Positions 30,613 to 41,748 of a stretch of DNA of 64,000 nucleotides are shown piece after piece. The notes beneath the pieces are model-generated. The model did not search any database. It was given only the letters and a program-made list of their open reading frames with translations, and was not told where the DNA came from. This DNA comes from Flavobacteriaceae bacterium (GTDB taxonomy: Bacteria; Bacteroidota; Bacteroidia; UKL13-3), in NCBI GenBank assembly GCA_009693575.1, contig SHWZ01000006.1, positions 6,523 through 70,522 on the forward strand, read 5' to 3'. A program made the position numbers and the translations under genes. The stretch's first letter is position 1; each line of letters begins with the position of its first letter.

Positions 30613-33600
30613 TTGAAAAAACTCTACACCTGTTGGATTTTTCTTACCATAGTATGGTGGTCTCCCGCTGCTTTTGGTCAGTGTTCAAGTATTGCTTTTT
30701 CGGCCGATATAACTAATGCTTGTGCACCAGCTCCAATAAAATTCACAGCTACTGGTTATCCTGCTGGCTCTAAGTTTTCATGGAATTTTGGAGGAGGGTA
30801 TACAGCTTATGCCCCAGCAGATAGCATAAAATATTTTCTATTTAAAAATGTAGGGCAATTCACAATAGAACTAAATGTTGATATTGGTGGCACAATTTGT
30901 AATGTCACTAAAACAAACTATATAAATGTAGGTACTGAGCCCAAGTTAAATGTGTATTGGGATAAAAAAGTATTATGTGACCCGACACAGTCGGTAACTT
31001 TCATTGACTCTACCCAATCTGTGGTTTCTCGCGATTGGGTTATTGATGGTGTAAGTTTCAAAAATGGGCCATCTAAAAAGGTGATGACATTCAATTCGAT
31101 GGGGGTGAAGCAACTTACCTTGAAAGTGTTGACAAATTTGGGATGCGTTGCTATTTTCAATAATGATTCGGCCGTGATTGTGGTTGACAACCCCAATTTG
31201 TATGTAGATTCATTGGGGCTTGGTGGATGCCTACCAGTACAAAATAAATTTAAAGCTTTCCAAAGTAGCAGCTTTCAATCACCTAAAACCTGGGAATGGA
31301 CTTTCCAAGGAGGCACGCCTGCTACGTCAACACAAGCAAGTCCAACAGTGAATTATACTTCTTCAGGCCAGTACGATTTTTCACTTACTATGACTACAAA
31401 TACTGGTTGTAAGTACACCTTTAGTAGAACTGCCATGGTCGAAGTTGTAAGCAAACCTAAAATCAGTTTTAGTTCAAATGGAACGGTGTTTTGCAATACA
31501 GATGAGATAACAGTAACTAACACCACTAGCGGTAGCCATTCTGGCCAGTTTACTTGGGGACTCCCATCAAATGCCACATTAATTTCTGCCACAAATACAG
31601 AGTCTAAATTTAAGATTCCTCTTCGAGGAACATATGATATAAGTTTTCATTATTTATACAAAAATTGTGCTTCCGACACTATTTACAAAAATTTTATCAA
31701 AATAAATCAAACAACCGCAAATTTTATTATCGATGAGCCTAAGCATTGCAAGGTTCCCACGATCGTCACATTTACTGATTCGGGAAGCTTTGTTGATCCA
31801 GGGTTTACTTATACTAGAATGTTTTATGTAAAAAACGCTGCAGGAAACATATTGGACTCATCGTCTAACGGCAAATTTGCATTTACGTTTACAAAACTAG
31901 GCAATTACACTATCCAAATGGTAGCTAAGGGTTCCAATGGTTGTACCGATACTATGACTATAATTGATGGGGTTGTTATAGCTGACCCGAAGCCACAATT
32001 TAATATCAACCCTTCAATTCCTTGCCCATTCACACTTACTGATTTTAGTGACGGTACACCCTTGTATGCCCCCAACAAGTATCAAAAATTTTATGATTGG
32101 TATCTGTATGACAGGGATTTCAAAACTTTGTTGCACAATGACACGAATGAAAAATGGAAATACTTTTTTGTGGACACAGGATTGTATAAAATTGTATACT
32201 GGGTTTTTAACTCTCAGGGGTGCAAAGATTCACTATTAGATACAACAACAGTGCATGTTACAGGCATTACTGTAGATTTTACTGTGAGTAAAGGTAAATA
32301 TTGTATTGGCGAAAATATTTCAGTATCCACCTCCGTTTATCCAACTCAAGCTTCACCAACGTATTTTTGGAAGGTTTATTCAGCAAAAGACACGTTTGCA
32401 TTTAATACTACAGGAGGAGGTCTTTCAACGTCAATCAATATAGCTGGGGTGTATTCTATAGAATGTGTTGCAATAAATAAAAACTGTACGGCAACAGTAG
32501 TAAAAAAGGATATTTTCAAGATAGGTGGAGTATTGTTCACTGGGCAGATGGATAGCTTCGTCAGTTGTTATCCTCCGCGAATAAAGGTATCGGTTGCCTC
32601 TGTCTACAACTTGCCTACTACTGCTGATTCTTCACTTAGTATAGTTTGGATTATAAGCCCAACTACTGCAATTTTTAGCAATCAAACAAGCAGCAGCACC
32701 TATATCGATTTCACAGTAGACAGTTTTTATAGTATCGCGTATAGTGTAACAAATAGCGATGGTTGCGAGAGTTCGCAAACAATCGTATTTAATAAATGGT
32801 ACGGAAAGTCTGCAAAATTTGATCTTGATACTCTCATTTGTGTATTCGACTCTATAACTGTAACAAATATGTCGCAGTCAGCAGCTTCTTATTCTTGGTC
32901 GGTGCCAAGTGGGGGAAGTTACAAGATCAGTCCCTCTTCAACTTTTTATGCCCCTACGTTCATATTTATGGATACGGGGTTATACACCATTAGGTTGCTT
33001 GCCACCAACGATGTTGGATGTGTGGATACATTCGAAAAAACTGTTCATGTAGTATTGCTGAAAGCCAATTTTTATACCGATGATACCTTGGCATATTGCG
33101 GGCCTGTTATTGTAAGTTTGTTTTATACAGGCACTACTGCCTCTATCTATTTCTGGGACTTTGGTGATGGTTCCCCACAATACACCACCACCAATAATTC
33201 TATATCGCATTTGTATGACATTCAGAATGGAATTAATTCATTCAAAGTAACTGTGAGAGCACAGAATAAGTCTGGATGCTTTGATAAAATTACAAAGGAT
33301 AACTACATCACCCTTACTGGGCCAATTCCATTTTTTACTGCCAACAAAACCAAAGGTTGTGAGCCGCTTGAAGTGATTTATACTAATAAATCCCGTGGAG
33401 GAAAATATGTTTTTTTCTATGACGACAAAGGTAATTTGGATTCAAGCAATGCCTCCACATTTGTAGTAACATATATGAATAAAGATAGTGGCAACCTAAA
33501 TTCATCCTATTTCCCCTATATGGTTTCAATTGATTCCTCAGGCGGCTGTGTGAAGGCAAATACGTTGAAGGACTCAGTGATCGTGTTAGCTAGACCACAA

Positions 33601-35514
33601 ACAGCATTCACTTATTCTGATACAATTATCTGTCGAAATACAACCTTGGATTTTACGAACCTAAGTACTTACTTCACACAATTATATTGGGATGTTGATG
33701 GTGATGGTTTCGATGATGGGTCAGCTCAGAACTTTCAGCATACATACACCACAAGTGGACCTTATTATCCAGCCTTGGTTGCCGAAAATGAATTAGGCTG
33801 CTTTGATACTTTAAAGGGTAAAGAAATATTTGTGGTGCCTCCAAAAGATATTAAAATAACAGGCAATCCTATGTTATCATGCCAAGGCGATACCGTACGA
33901 ATCGTGGCTCAGGTAGATTCATTGAAAGCTCTTGGACTTTTCTTTAACTGGCAATTGCTTGAAAGTGGTAATTGGATAGGCATTGGTCATGGAAATAGCA
34001 TTGACTATATTGCCTCTAAACCAGGATGGTATCGTGTGATGCTTATAGTATATGACCTCGAAGGCTGTGTGGATAGTCTTCAGTATGATTCCGTATTTGG
34101 TGTAAAAGGAAATGAACCACCAATAGGCTCAAAGCTGCAAATGGTTACTGTAGAAAATGATAAACGACTACTGATAAAATGGGATAAATGCCCTTCCTTA
34201 TTTTTTTCAGATTACAAATTATTTAGAAGTGCCATTGGCCAAAGTGAAAATTTAATTTTTTCTGATAGCAATGTCAATTTACTTCAATTTACGGATAGCA
34301 TTTCTATCAATGTTCATGCAATGTCTTACCGTTACAAATTGATTGCTTCGGAAATATGTGTCCTGCCTAAAATATTTGAATTGCACAATAGTATTTTTTT
34401 GCAGGCTGAGAAACTTGGCTCCAATGCAGTATCCTTGAAATGGAATAGGTATCAGGCTTGGAAAGGACATGTGAGCTATACTGTGCAACGATCAAATAAT
34501 GGAGGAATTGGATATAAAAGTGTTGGAAAAATAACTGACTCATTCTTTGTGGACAAACGTGTCTGCGATTCCAACTATACCTATCGCATCGTTGCCTCTG
34601 ATGTGACTGGCATATTTACATCAACTAGCAATACCACAACCCTACATCCAGATTTTGTGTATTACCGAAACGCGAGTAATATTCGCTCTGTGAGTGTAGT
34701 CAACAACGACAAATTTCTAATCACTTACGATACCACTCTTTTTTCTTTCAGAAGTGAAAGATATATTGTGTTGCAAACCAATCCAAACTACAAATTCTGG
34801 TATGAGTCACGTTCGTCAATTGCTGACACTGCAATAATTAGCAAGGCAACGATTGACCGAGTAAGCCGATTTGCTGTGGTACGTGAGGATTTCTGCCATT
34901 ATCTGAGCGATACAGGAATATGGGGGCACAATATTTACCTTAAAGCAAGACTCTTTGGCGACTCTGCCTACTTAAATTGGAACAGCTACCAACGACCAAA
35001 ACAAGGGGTAAAAAACTACATACTACAACTGCTTGATAACAATACTGGAAGATATAAAACCCTTGCAATCCTTTCGTCCAATGATACCGATTATCTTGAT
35101 GCACGTGGCCACGATCTTTTTGAAGAGAAGCTTTGTTACCGAATTGCTGCCATCACTCTTGACTACCCCAAAGATACCTCTTTCTCAAACCAAGCTTGTG
35201 TTGTGTTACCAGCCATGGTATTTATTCCCAACTCATTCACCCCCAATGATGATGGCAAAAATGATATTTTTAGGCCAGTAATTTCGTATGTCTTTGGGGT
35301 GAAACCGCAGGTAGGTGAAACGGAATATACCTTGACAATATACAACCGATGGGGCGAACAAATCTATGAGACCCATGATCCTCGTGAAGGCTGGGATGGA
35401 ACCTACCTAGGTGAGGAAGTAGATTCTGGTGTATATGTTTATATTGTGAAGGCAACACCTTTCAATTTAGATTCTCCCATTGAACGAAGTGGTTGGGTGA
35501 TGTTGCTGAGGTGA
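30613..35514 (+). CDS. PKD-repeat and FN3-like protein with gliding-motility-associated (T9SS type-B) C-terminal domain
   Basis: W.FG(D)G / G.Y...L...N..GC repeats; C-terminal FIPNSFTPNDDGKND.F...IYNRWGE...WDG...GVYVY...G.V.LLR. Confidence 0.9.
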   Translation: MKKLYTCWIFLTIVWWSPAAFGQCSSIAFSADITNACAPAPIKFTATGYPAGSKFSWNFGGGYTAYAPADSIKYFLFKNVGQFTIELNVDIGGTICNVTKTNYINVGTEPKLNVYWDKKVLCDPTQSVTFIDSTQSVVSRDWVIDGVSFKNGPSKKVMTFNSMGVKQLTLKVLTNLGCVAIFNNDSAVIVVDNPNLYVDSLGLGGCLPVQNKFKAFQSSSFQSPKTWEWTFQGGTPATSTQASPTVNYTSSGQYDFSLTMTTNTGCKYTFSRTAMVEVVSKPKISFSSNGTVFCNTDEITVTNTTSGSHSGQFTWGLPSNATLISATNTESKFKIPLRGTYDISFHYLYKNCASDTIYKNFIKINQTTANFIIDEPKHCKVPTIVTFTDSGSFVDPGFTYTRMFYVKNAAGNILDSSSNGKFAFTFTKLGNYTIQMVAKGSNGCTDTMTIIDGVVIADPKPQFNINPSIPCPFTLTDFSDGTPLYAPNKYQKFYDWYLYDRDFKTLLHNDTNEKWKYFFVDTGLYKIVYWVFNSQGCKDSLLDTTTVHVTGITVDFTVSKGKYCIGENISVSTSVYPTQASPTYFWKVYSAKDTFAFNTTGGGLSTSINIAGVYSIECVAINKNCTATVVKKDIFKIGGVLFTGQMDSFVSCYPPRIKVSVASVYNLPTTADSSLSIVWIISPTTAIFSNQTSSSTYIDFTVDSFYSIAYSVTNSDGCESSQTIVFNKWYGKSAKFDLDTLICVFDSITVTNMSQSAASYSWSVPSGGSYKISPSSTFYAPTFIFMDTGLYTIRLLATNDVGCVDTFEKTVHVVLLKANFYTDDTLAYCGPVIVSLFYTGTTASIYFWDFGDGSPQYTTTNNSISHLYDIQNGINSFKVTVRAQNKSGCFDKITKDNYITLTGPIPFFTANKTKGCEPLEVIYTNKSRGGKYVFFYDDKGNLDSSNASTFVVTYMNKDSGNLNSSYFPYMVSIDSSGGCVKANTLKDSVIVLARPQTAFTYSDTIICRNTTLDFTNLSTYFTQLYWDVDGDGFDDGSAQNFQHTYTTSGPYYPALVAENELGCFDTLKGKEIFVVPPKDIKITGNPMLSCQGDTVRIVAQVDSLKALGLFFNWQLLESGNWIGIGHGNSIDYIASKPGWYRVMLIVYDLEGCVDSLQYDSVFGVKGNEPPIGSKLQMVTVENDKRLLIKWDKCPSLFFSDYKLFRSAIGQSENLIFSDSNVNLLQFTDSISINVHAMSYRYKLIASEICVLPKIFELHNSIFLQAEKLGSNAVSLKWNRYQAWKGHVSYTVQRSNNGGIGYKSVGKITDSFFVDKRVCDSNYTYRIVASDVTGIFTSTSNTTTLHPDFVYYRNASNIRSVSVVNNDKFLITYDTTLFSFRSERYIVLQTNPNYKFWYESRSSIADTAIISKATIDRVSRFAVVREDFCHYLSDTGIWGHNIYLKARLFGDSAYLNWNSYQRPKQGVKNYILQLLDNNTGRYKTLAILSSNDTDYLDARGHDLFEEKLCYRIAAITLDYPKDTSFSNQACVVLPAMVFIPNSFTPNDDGKNDIFRPVISYVFGVKPQVGETEYTLTIYNRWGEQIYETHDPREGWDGTYLGEEVDSGVYVYIVKATPFNLDSPIERSGWVMLLR

Positions 35515-35568
35515 TTAATGTTAGAACTATAAATTTTGTCCATGACTGGAATTCTTGCCTACTAATTC

Positions 35569-37752
35569 TCACAAATTTCCATTAATATACTCTGTCACTT
35601 TCTTTATCAAGTGGGCACGGTCGGGACCTTGCACGTTATGTTCGTGTTCGGGGTAAACAAAATAGTCGAGGTTGGTGTTTCCGTTGTCTACACAGGCTTT
35701 TACAAACTTGAGGCTATGCTCCCACAACACAGTAGGGTCGCTAGTGCCGTGTATCATCAGCAGTTTTCCTTTTAGTCCGTTAGCGTAGTTCAATAGGTTA
35801 CCTTCTTTGTAGCCTCCCGGGTTTTCCTCGGGAGTATCCATATACCGTTCAGTATACATAATTTCGTACATGCCCCAGTCTATCACGGGGCCGCCACATA
35901 CTCCAACCTTAAATACATCCGGGTGCTTGCACATCAGGCTGGTAGTCATCCATCCGCCAAAGCTCCAGCCATGCACTGCCATGCGGTTGGCATCCACGTA
36001 GGGCTGGCTTTTCAGCCATTCCACACCCTTCAGTTGGTCGGCTACTTCTTCTTTGCCAAGGTTGCGAAAAATGGCCTTTTCAAAAGCATCTCCACGGTTT
36101 TCGCTGCCACGGCCATCCACGGTAAACACAATATATCCTTGGTTGGCAAAAGCATAAAACCAAATATCAGCAGCACCCAGCCAAGTGTTGTTCACCAGTT
36201 GCACATGAGGGCCGTTGTAGAGGTAAACCAGTACAGGGTATTTCTTCTGTGGGTCAAAGTTGGCTGGTCTGATTTCCCTGCACCAAAGGTCGGTAACGCC
36301 ATCAGCCGCTTTTATGGTAAAAAGGTTTGGCTTCGTGTTCAGGGCATAATCTCTCAACGGATTTTCGGCTTTCAAAAGAGTTTCCAGTTGCTTGCCGTTG
36401 TTGTCCACTATCTGTATCATTCGAGGCACATCCGTGCTACTCCATGTATCCACAAACCGGGTCATCTCCACATTGAATAAAGCAGTATGCGTTCCGATTT
36501 CCTTGGTAAGTTTAATCGGTTCGCCACCTGCCAAAGCAACTTTGTAGATATGCCGTTCAATAGGGCTTTGCTTAGTTGAGGCAAAATAGATATATTTGGC
36601 ATCCATGCCCAGCACATCGGTCACCACCCAGTTGCCCCTTGTCAGTTGGCGGATGAGTGAGCCATCGGCATTGTATAGGTATAAGTGGTTGTATCCATCA
36701 CGCTCACTCTGCCAAATAAAATGGTTTGGGTTGTTCTTCACAAACAGCATGTGGTGCAACGGCTCCGTATATTTCTCATCTGATTCTTCAAATAAAGTCT
36801 TCACGAAATTCCCCGTTGCCACATCATACTGATTGAGCCAGACATGGTTTTGAGCCCTATTCACTATGGCGATGTAAATGCTTTTCTCATCAGGACTCCA
36901 AGCTATGTTGGTCAAGTATTGTTCAGGATCTCCTATGGTTTTTATGTACCATATTTTATCGTCAGTATTTGCGTCATAGATGCCCACTGTCACCTCATGA
37001 CTTCTGTCCCCTGCCATCGGGTAGCGAATATTTTCGGCTTGCGATGGTTGTTTGCCAAGTCCCACAATAGGGTAAGTGCTTACCATACTTTCGTCCATTC
37101 TATAAAATGCACAATAGTTTCCATTCGGACTCCAGAAAGTGCCTTTGCTTATTCCAAATTCATCCCGGTGGGCTGATTTGCCAAAAACCAGTCCCCCTTT
37201 CCCACTTAACATTCTTAAGGTAATGATTTCTCCTTTTAAATTTCTTCTGCTTATTGTTAACGTATCCCGTTGATTATTGCCATTAATGTATGCAATTCCA
37301 TCGTCTGACAAGTCAAAGCCAGATGCTCCAGGCTTTATGTCTTCATATAGGTTTGGTAATTCAATTGTTTTGGCTACAACATTTAGTAAGTAATACTTCC
37401 CACCATAAAAAAAGCGAAACTGGTTGCCAGTTGTCCAAGTGTAAAAGGGATACCTATTAAAGGGTTTTATTTTGAAAAAATCAGAATAAATCCTATTCAA
37501 GGTATCCACATGTAAAAGAGTATCCACCTCACTTTTACCTATTTCGCGACGTACAAGCACTTCCTTCTTATCGGCTCGTTTGGCCAAATAGCTGTAATGT
37601 TTGCCGTCAGAAAGCCATTGCAGTTGGCTAAGGCGGTCGGGAGTAAGGGTTGTTTGCCTCTTCAAAACCGCCTCTTCAATAGACAGTATTTTCTGTGAAT
37701 AGGAAATTTGGGATAGCCAAACAAAAAGGGCAAGCAACACGTATTTTCGCAT
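35569..37752 (-). CDS. S9B-family dipeptidyl/prolyl tripeptidyl peptidase (DPP IV-like)
   Basis: Signal peptide from MRKYVLL (37752); FWSPNG, YPMAG, GWSFGG, HGTSD..V, YPEHEH. Confidence 0.93.
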   Translation of the reverse strand: MRKYVLLALFVWLSQISYSQKILSIEEAVLKRQTTLTPDRLSQLQWLSDGKHYSYLAKRADKKEVLVRREIGKSEVDTLLHVDTLNRIYSDFFKIKPFNRYPFYTWTTGNQFRFFYGGKYYLLNVVAKTIELPNLYEDIKPGASGFDLSDDGIAYINGNNQRDTLTISRRNLKGEIITLRMLSGKGGLVFGKSAHRDEFGISKGTFWSPNGNYCAFYRMDESMVSTYPIVGLGKQPSQAENIRYPMAGDRSHEVTVGIYDANTDDKIWYIKTIGDPEQYLTNIAWSPDEKSIYIAIVNRAQNHVWLNQYDVATGNFVKTLFEESDEKYTEPLHHMLFVKNNPNHFIWQSERDGYNHLYLYNADGSLIRQLTRGNWVVTDVLGMDAKYIYFASTKQSPIERHIYKVALAGGEPIKLTKEIGTHTALFNVEMTRFVDTWSSTDVPRMIQIVDNNGKQLETLLKAENPLRDYALNTKPNLFTIKAADGVTDLWCREIRPANFDPQKKYPVLVYLYNGPHVQLVNNTWLGAADIWFYAFANQGYIVFTVDGRGSENRGDAFEKAIFRNLGKEEVADQLKGVEWLKSQPYVDANRMAVHGWSFGGWMTTSLMCKHPDVFKVGVCGGPVIDWGMYEIMYTERYMDTPEENPGGYKEGNLLNYANGLKGKLLMIHGTSDPTVLWEHSLKFVKACVDNGNTNLDYFVYPEHEHNVQGPDRAHLIKKVTEYINGNL

Positions 37753-38081
37753 TTGATGAAAATTTAGGACAGCGAAAGTAAGGGTGAATTTTGATAGCAA
37801 TCATTCGTTTGGCTTCTTGGCACCTTCATTATTTGATAAACTGTTTAACTTATTAACGCGATTGTGTGGAGCTAAACTTAGGCTAACCCTACATAAAAAT
37901 GCTTTGTCATGGATGAAGGGAATTGCGGATTTTTTAACCTTTGCAACCAGTGTATTTACACCAATTGATTCAACAAAAATTGAATGTAAGAAAATTAACA
38001 AAATAGGCTTTATACTTAACGAATAGTATCCGTAATATTGCAAATGGAACAAATAACACCAAGTAACCCATCGCCATTTTT

Positions 38082-41000
38082 ATGAAATTACCCAAATCTT
38101 TTATTAAGCATTGCTTAGCATTAATCCTAAGCCTAAGTCTTTCTTTTGAGGGGCTTGCCCTAAGTGTCGGTCAAGTAGCAGTAACCCGAAGCACAGCCCC
38201 TTTCTTCATGTTGGACAGTAATAAACCTAATGTGGATGGTCCTCGTGCTGCACACGTAGGAATTAAAATCCGCAATACTTCGGGCGGGCAGCTGAACCAA
38301 GTGTATGTTAAACTAACGGCGTTGACAAAAACTGGTACTGCCAGTGCCAGCTTAGGTTATATAGGTACATCTGATTCTATTCAATGGATTGGAAAAATGA
38401 ACTCAACAGATACAGGTATAGCCTATTTCTACATAAAATTTCCTGGCAACACAGCCTTCAACGACACAGTTAAGTTGACTGTTCAGGTTTATGATTCTGT
38501 AAGTGGAACAGTAAGTTTTCAAACTTCTATGATTCTCAGGTCATCTATAAGTTCCAATGCTGGCGGCTTGCTGGTTGCCAAGACGATTTCTACATTGCGA
38601 CATATTGGCACATTGGTTACCGACACGGTTACTTACTCGTATGGAAACGTGCAAACAGGCGATGAACTTACCCTGTATCCCTGTGGTGATACCACTTTTA
38701 AAGCAGGTAGTTTTCAATTGATAAATGCTCTCGTTTTGTCGTCTGCGGTGGCAAGTGTGACTGCAGGTACGCGAAACACTTTATACTTTGTGGCTACAGC
38801 AACCACAGGAGGAAGTGGCAACCAAATAAAAATGGTGTATTACTATATTAATAAAATGGTATCTGGAGATTCAACAATTACAGCTCCTTATGCAGGTCTC
38901 ACATCTGGAAATACGAATTTTAAGTATTCATCAAACTTTAGAGCAGCTGGGTTTTTCTCCTATTTTCTCTCTGCTACTGGCTCATTGAGTGTTACTAAAT
39001 CAGTTAGTTCAATACATAACTACCCAGGCGACACAGTTACTTACACAGTGGCAGTAACAAATAACAATGGAGGTGCTGTCACATTCGACTATTTTCAGGA
39101 TACTTTGCCTACAGGTTACACTTATGTAGCATTGGAAAGTACTTCTGATATAACAAGTGCTATTTCTTCGGAGTTGCCATCAGCAGGTAACTCAGGGGCA
39201 ATAAGCTTTAGGGGGGGCTTGCCGGGTACATTCCCTTATGTGAGCTATACTGTGAATGCATCTTCAACAGTGAGCCTTAAATACAAGGTTAAGCTAAAAA
39301 ATACAGCGAGTCTTGCCTCTGATCGGAATGTGGCACATATATTTTTAGGTACTACATCTGGAGGAAGTGATACCGCCTTAGCTTATGTCCATGTGCATGT
39401 CTCAGGCACCCTTTTTCGCGATACCAACGGGCTTACTGATGCTTTGGTAAATGGCACAGCCCGTGATTCTGCAGGCAGCAGTTTGGTGTATGCGTATCTG
39501 GTGAACGGCTCAAATCAGGTGATGCAACGTAGAACATTGAACAATGGCAACGGCACTTTTACTTTTGATAGTGTGCCAGCTCAAACAAACTATACCGTTA
39601 GATTGTCAAACACTGCTGCTACCATAAATCAAACAGCACCTTCAACAGCGAACCTACCTTCAACTTATGTGGCAATTGGAGAAGATTATGGAAGTGCCAA
39701 TGGTGCAGGTAGTGGCAATGAAAGCGGTACTCCGGATGCAAGTATTGCGGCCAATGTTGGCACCGCACATCTTACTACCATTCAATTTGGCATTCAACAG
39801 GCTCCAACACCCACGGACACCACACTTTCCAGCCAACTAAATCCTGGTGGAACGAATGCCATAACAATTGCGACTTCCAATTTCACTGGCTCAGACCCTG
39901 ACGGCAGACTGATACAATATAAATTCACCGGTTTCCCTAGCAATACTACTACTTTTAGCATTAATGGAACGAGCTATACTTCTGGAACATTTCCAGGGGC
40001 CGGCGTTACAGTGAGCAGTATTAGCTCTGTAACATTAGACCCGGTTGATGGGGCTTTAACAGCTGTTATACCTTTCAATGTGATTGACAATGCTGGCCAA
40101 TCTGGACTCTCCACAGCCAATGTGAATGTGCCACTTCAACTGCTTTCGGTGAGCGGTACTTTATTCAACGATGCCAATGGCCTTGTGGACGCAACAGTGA
40201 GCGGCACTGCCATTGACCAAGCCAGCAGCACAACTATCTATGCTTACTTGGTGAATGGTAGTGGCGATGTGGTAGCAAAAGATACCTTGAACAGCGGCAA
40301 CGGAACATACACCTTTAGCAATGCCGCTTATGGCAGCACCAACTACACTGTGAGAATGAGTACCAGCAATGTGAACGTGGGAGCATCAGCACCTTCGTCG
40401 GCTAGCCTGCCAAATGGCTGGGTAGCTGTGGGCGATTCCTATGGAAGCAGCAACATTGCTGGTTCGGGCAATGATTCGTCGGCCAATGGCCAAATAGAGG
40501 TAACCACCGGAACGGCAAATGTGACCGGAGTGAACTTTGGTATTGAACGCAGCAATACATCTTACGATAAAACCTATACCAACCAAAACCCGAATACAAT
40601 CTATTCCAATTCGGGAAATGGGACCTACCCAAAGAAACTTGCACTGAACAATGCATCAGGCACAAGTAACACCACGGTAAATGCAAGCAGTGCTGAAATT
40701 TTGCCAGGCAAAGTATCAGCTTCTGATCCGGAAGATGGAAATTATGGTGGAAGCAGCGGTTCAAATAGTGTCCGCACCTTTGTGCTCACAAGTCTTCCTG
40801 ATGCTAGCAATGATGTGCTTGTTTATTTCAATGGCTCCGAAACTATTCTTCTAATTGAAGACCCGACAGATACCGACTCTTCTTGGGCATATTGGGACGA
40901 AACTAACGAACAATACAGAATCCCAAGCTTTGATGCTTCTGAGTTGTATGTATACAGTATAAACAATGGACACGCCTCATTTAGCTTCCACTATGGGTAC

Positions 41001-41591
41001 CTAGATTTGGCCGGACTGCTCGGCACTACTGGTATTTATTCGGTTGTGGGGTTTGGTCCGCTATCCTTACAACTAATGTCCTTTGAAAGTAAAACCAAAG
41101 GAAACAAGACCACATTGAAATGGACGACCACCAACGAGCTTGGCCTTGATCGCTATGTGTTAGAAAAATCTATGGATCTGGTTGGCTGGACAAATGTGAA
41201 CGAGCAACAAGCTTTGAACAAAGGTTCAATCACAAACATCTATACATTTGACGATATTATTTCTGATGGAAACAACTATTACAGGCTACGTTCAATGGAG
41301 GAGAATGGCACGTCTGAGCTGTCAAAAATAATCAGTGTAGTAGGTAGTCATGCTGTTGCAATTTCCGTATACCCAGTTCCAGCTATTACAACATTAAACA
41401 TCCTTGTTGGCGAAACTTCAACAGCCCGGGTGTATGATGCCACAGGTAAAATGGTGCTGAATGCGGGATTAGTTTTCAAAGGAAAACCAAACTCCCTGAA
41501 CGTAGAGCAACTTCCGGCCGGATTTTACAGCCTTGAATTGACTACCACAGGCACTCGCAGTATACATCCGATTGAGGTTGGTTACAAATAA
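38082..41591 (+). CDS. T9SS type-A cargo protein with a DUF11-like domain and two SdrD-B-like repeats
   Basis: Signal peptide; LSVTKSV...PGDTVTYTVAVTN; duplicated VSGTLF.D.NGL.D...FGI repeats; PL.L.SF...W.T..E...YYRL; VYPVPA...G.Y. Confidence 0.85.
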   Translation: MKLPKSFIKHCLALILSLSLSFEGLALSVGQVAVTRSTAPFFMLDSNKPNVDGPRAAHVGIKIRNTSGGQLNQVYVKLTALTKTGTASASLGYIGTSDSIQWIGKMNSTDTGIAYFYIKFPGNTAFNDTVKLTVQVYDSVSGTVSFQTSMILRSSISSNAGGLLVAKTISTLRHIGTLVTDTVTYSYGNVQTGDELTLYPCGDTTFKAGSFQLINALVLSSAVASVTAGTRNTLYFVATATTGGSGNQIKMVYYYINKMVSGDSTITAPYAGLTSGNTNFKYSSNFRAAGFFSYFLSATGSLSVTKSVSSIHNYPGDTVTYTVAVTNNNGGAVTFDYFQDTLPTGYTYVALESTSDITSAISSELPSAGNSGAISFRGGLPGTFPYVSYTVNASSTVSLKYKVKLKNTASLASDRNVAHIFLGTTSGGSDTALAYVHVHVSGTLFRDTNGLTDALVNGTARDSAGSSLVYAYLVNGSNQVMQRRTLNNGNGTFTFDSVPAQTNYTVRLSNTAATINQTAPSTANLPSTYVAIGEDYGSANGAGSGNESGTPDASIAANVGTAHLTTIQFGIQQAPTPTDTTLSSQLNPGGTNAITIATSNFTGSDPDGRLIQYKFTGFPSNTTTFSINGTSYTSGTFPGAGVTVSSISSVTLDPVDGALTAVIPFNVIDNAGQSGLSTANVNVPLQLLSVSGTLFNDANGLVDATVSGTAIDQASSTTIYAYLVNGSGDVVAKDTLNSGNGTYTFSNAAYGSTNYTVRMSTSNVNVGASAPSSASLPNGWVAVGDSYGSSNIAGSGNDSSANGQIEVTTGTANVTGVNFGIERSNTSYDKTYTNQNPNTIYSNSGNGTYPKKLALNNASGTSNTTVNASSAEILPGKVSASDPEDGNYGGSSGSNSVRTFVLTSLPDASNDVLVYFNGSETILLIEDPTDTDSSWAYWDETNEQYRIPSFDASELYVYSINNGHASFSFHYGYLDLAGLLGTTGIYSVVGFGPLSLQLMSFESKTKGNKTTLKWTTTNELGLDRYVLEKSMDLVGWTNVNEQQALNKGSITNIYTFDDIISDGNNYYRLRSMEENGTSELSKIISVVGSHAVAISVYPVPAITTLNILVGETSTARVYDATGKMVLNAGLVFKGKPNSLNVEQLPAGFYSLELTTTGTRSIHPIEVGYK

Positions 41592-41613
41592 AAATAAAGT
41601 AAAGAAGCTAGCG

Positions 41614-41651
41614 AAAAAGCTAGTCCCCAAAGGGCTGGCTTCTTCTTTTTT
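41614..41651 (+). terminator. Intrinsic terminator
   Basis: AAGCTAGTCCC-CAAA-GGGCTGGCTT followed by a T-run. Confidence 0.75.
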
Positions 41652-41718
41652 ATTTGTTATCAACAGATGGCATAAAAAAATCTTTCCAAGCTGTATTTGT
41701 GTAAAAGGGTAAATCCCT

Positions 41719-41726
41719 TACTTTTG
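41719..41726 (+). promoter_or_regulatory. -7 element TACTTTTG (with TTTG at about 41696) for rplU-rpmA
   Basis: Bacteroidota sigma-A consensus with plausible spacing. Confidence 0.7.
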
Positions 41727-41748
41727 CAGTCCAATTTTCGAAAAAATC

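Noticed and set aside
35923..36480. Long antisense or overlapping ORFs in the track (e.g. 35923-36480, 57315-57854, 47524-48033, 50090-50587, 60171-60449)
   Set aside because: They are shadows of well-supported genes or of the tRNA on the other strand or frame, with no recognisable motifs.
39399..40550. Internal direct repeat in the 1169-aa T9SS protein as a recombination cassette
   Set aside because: Diverged in-frame domain duplication typical of SdrD-B-like repeats.
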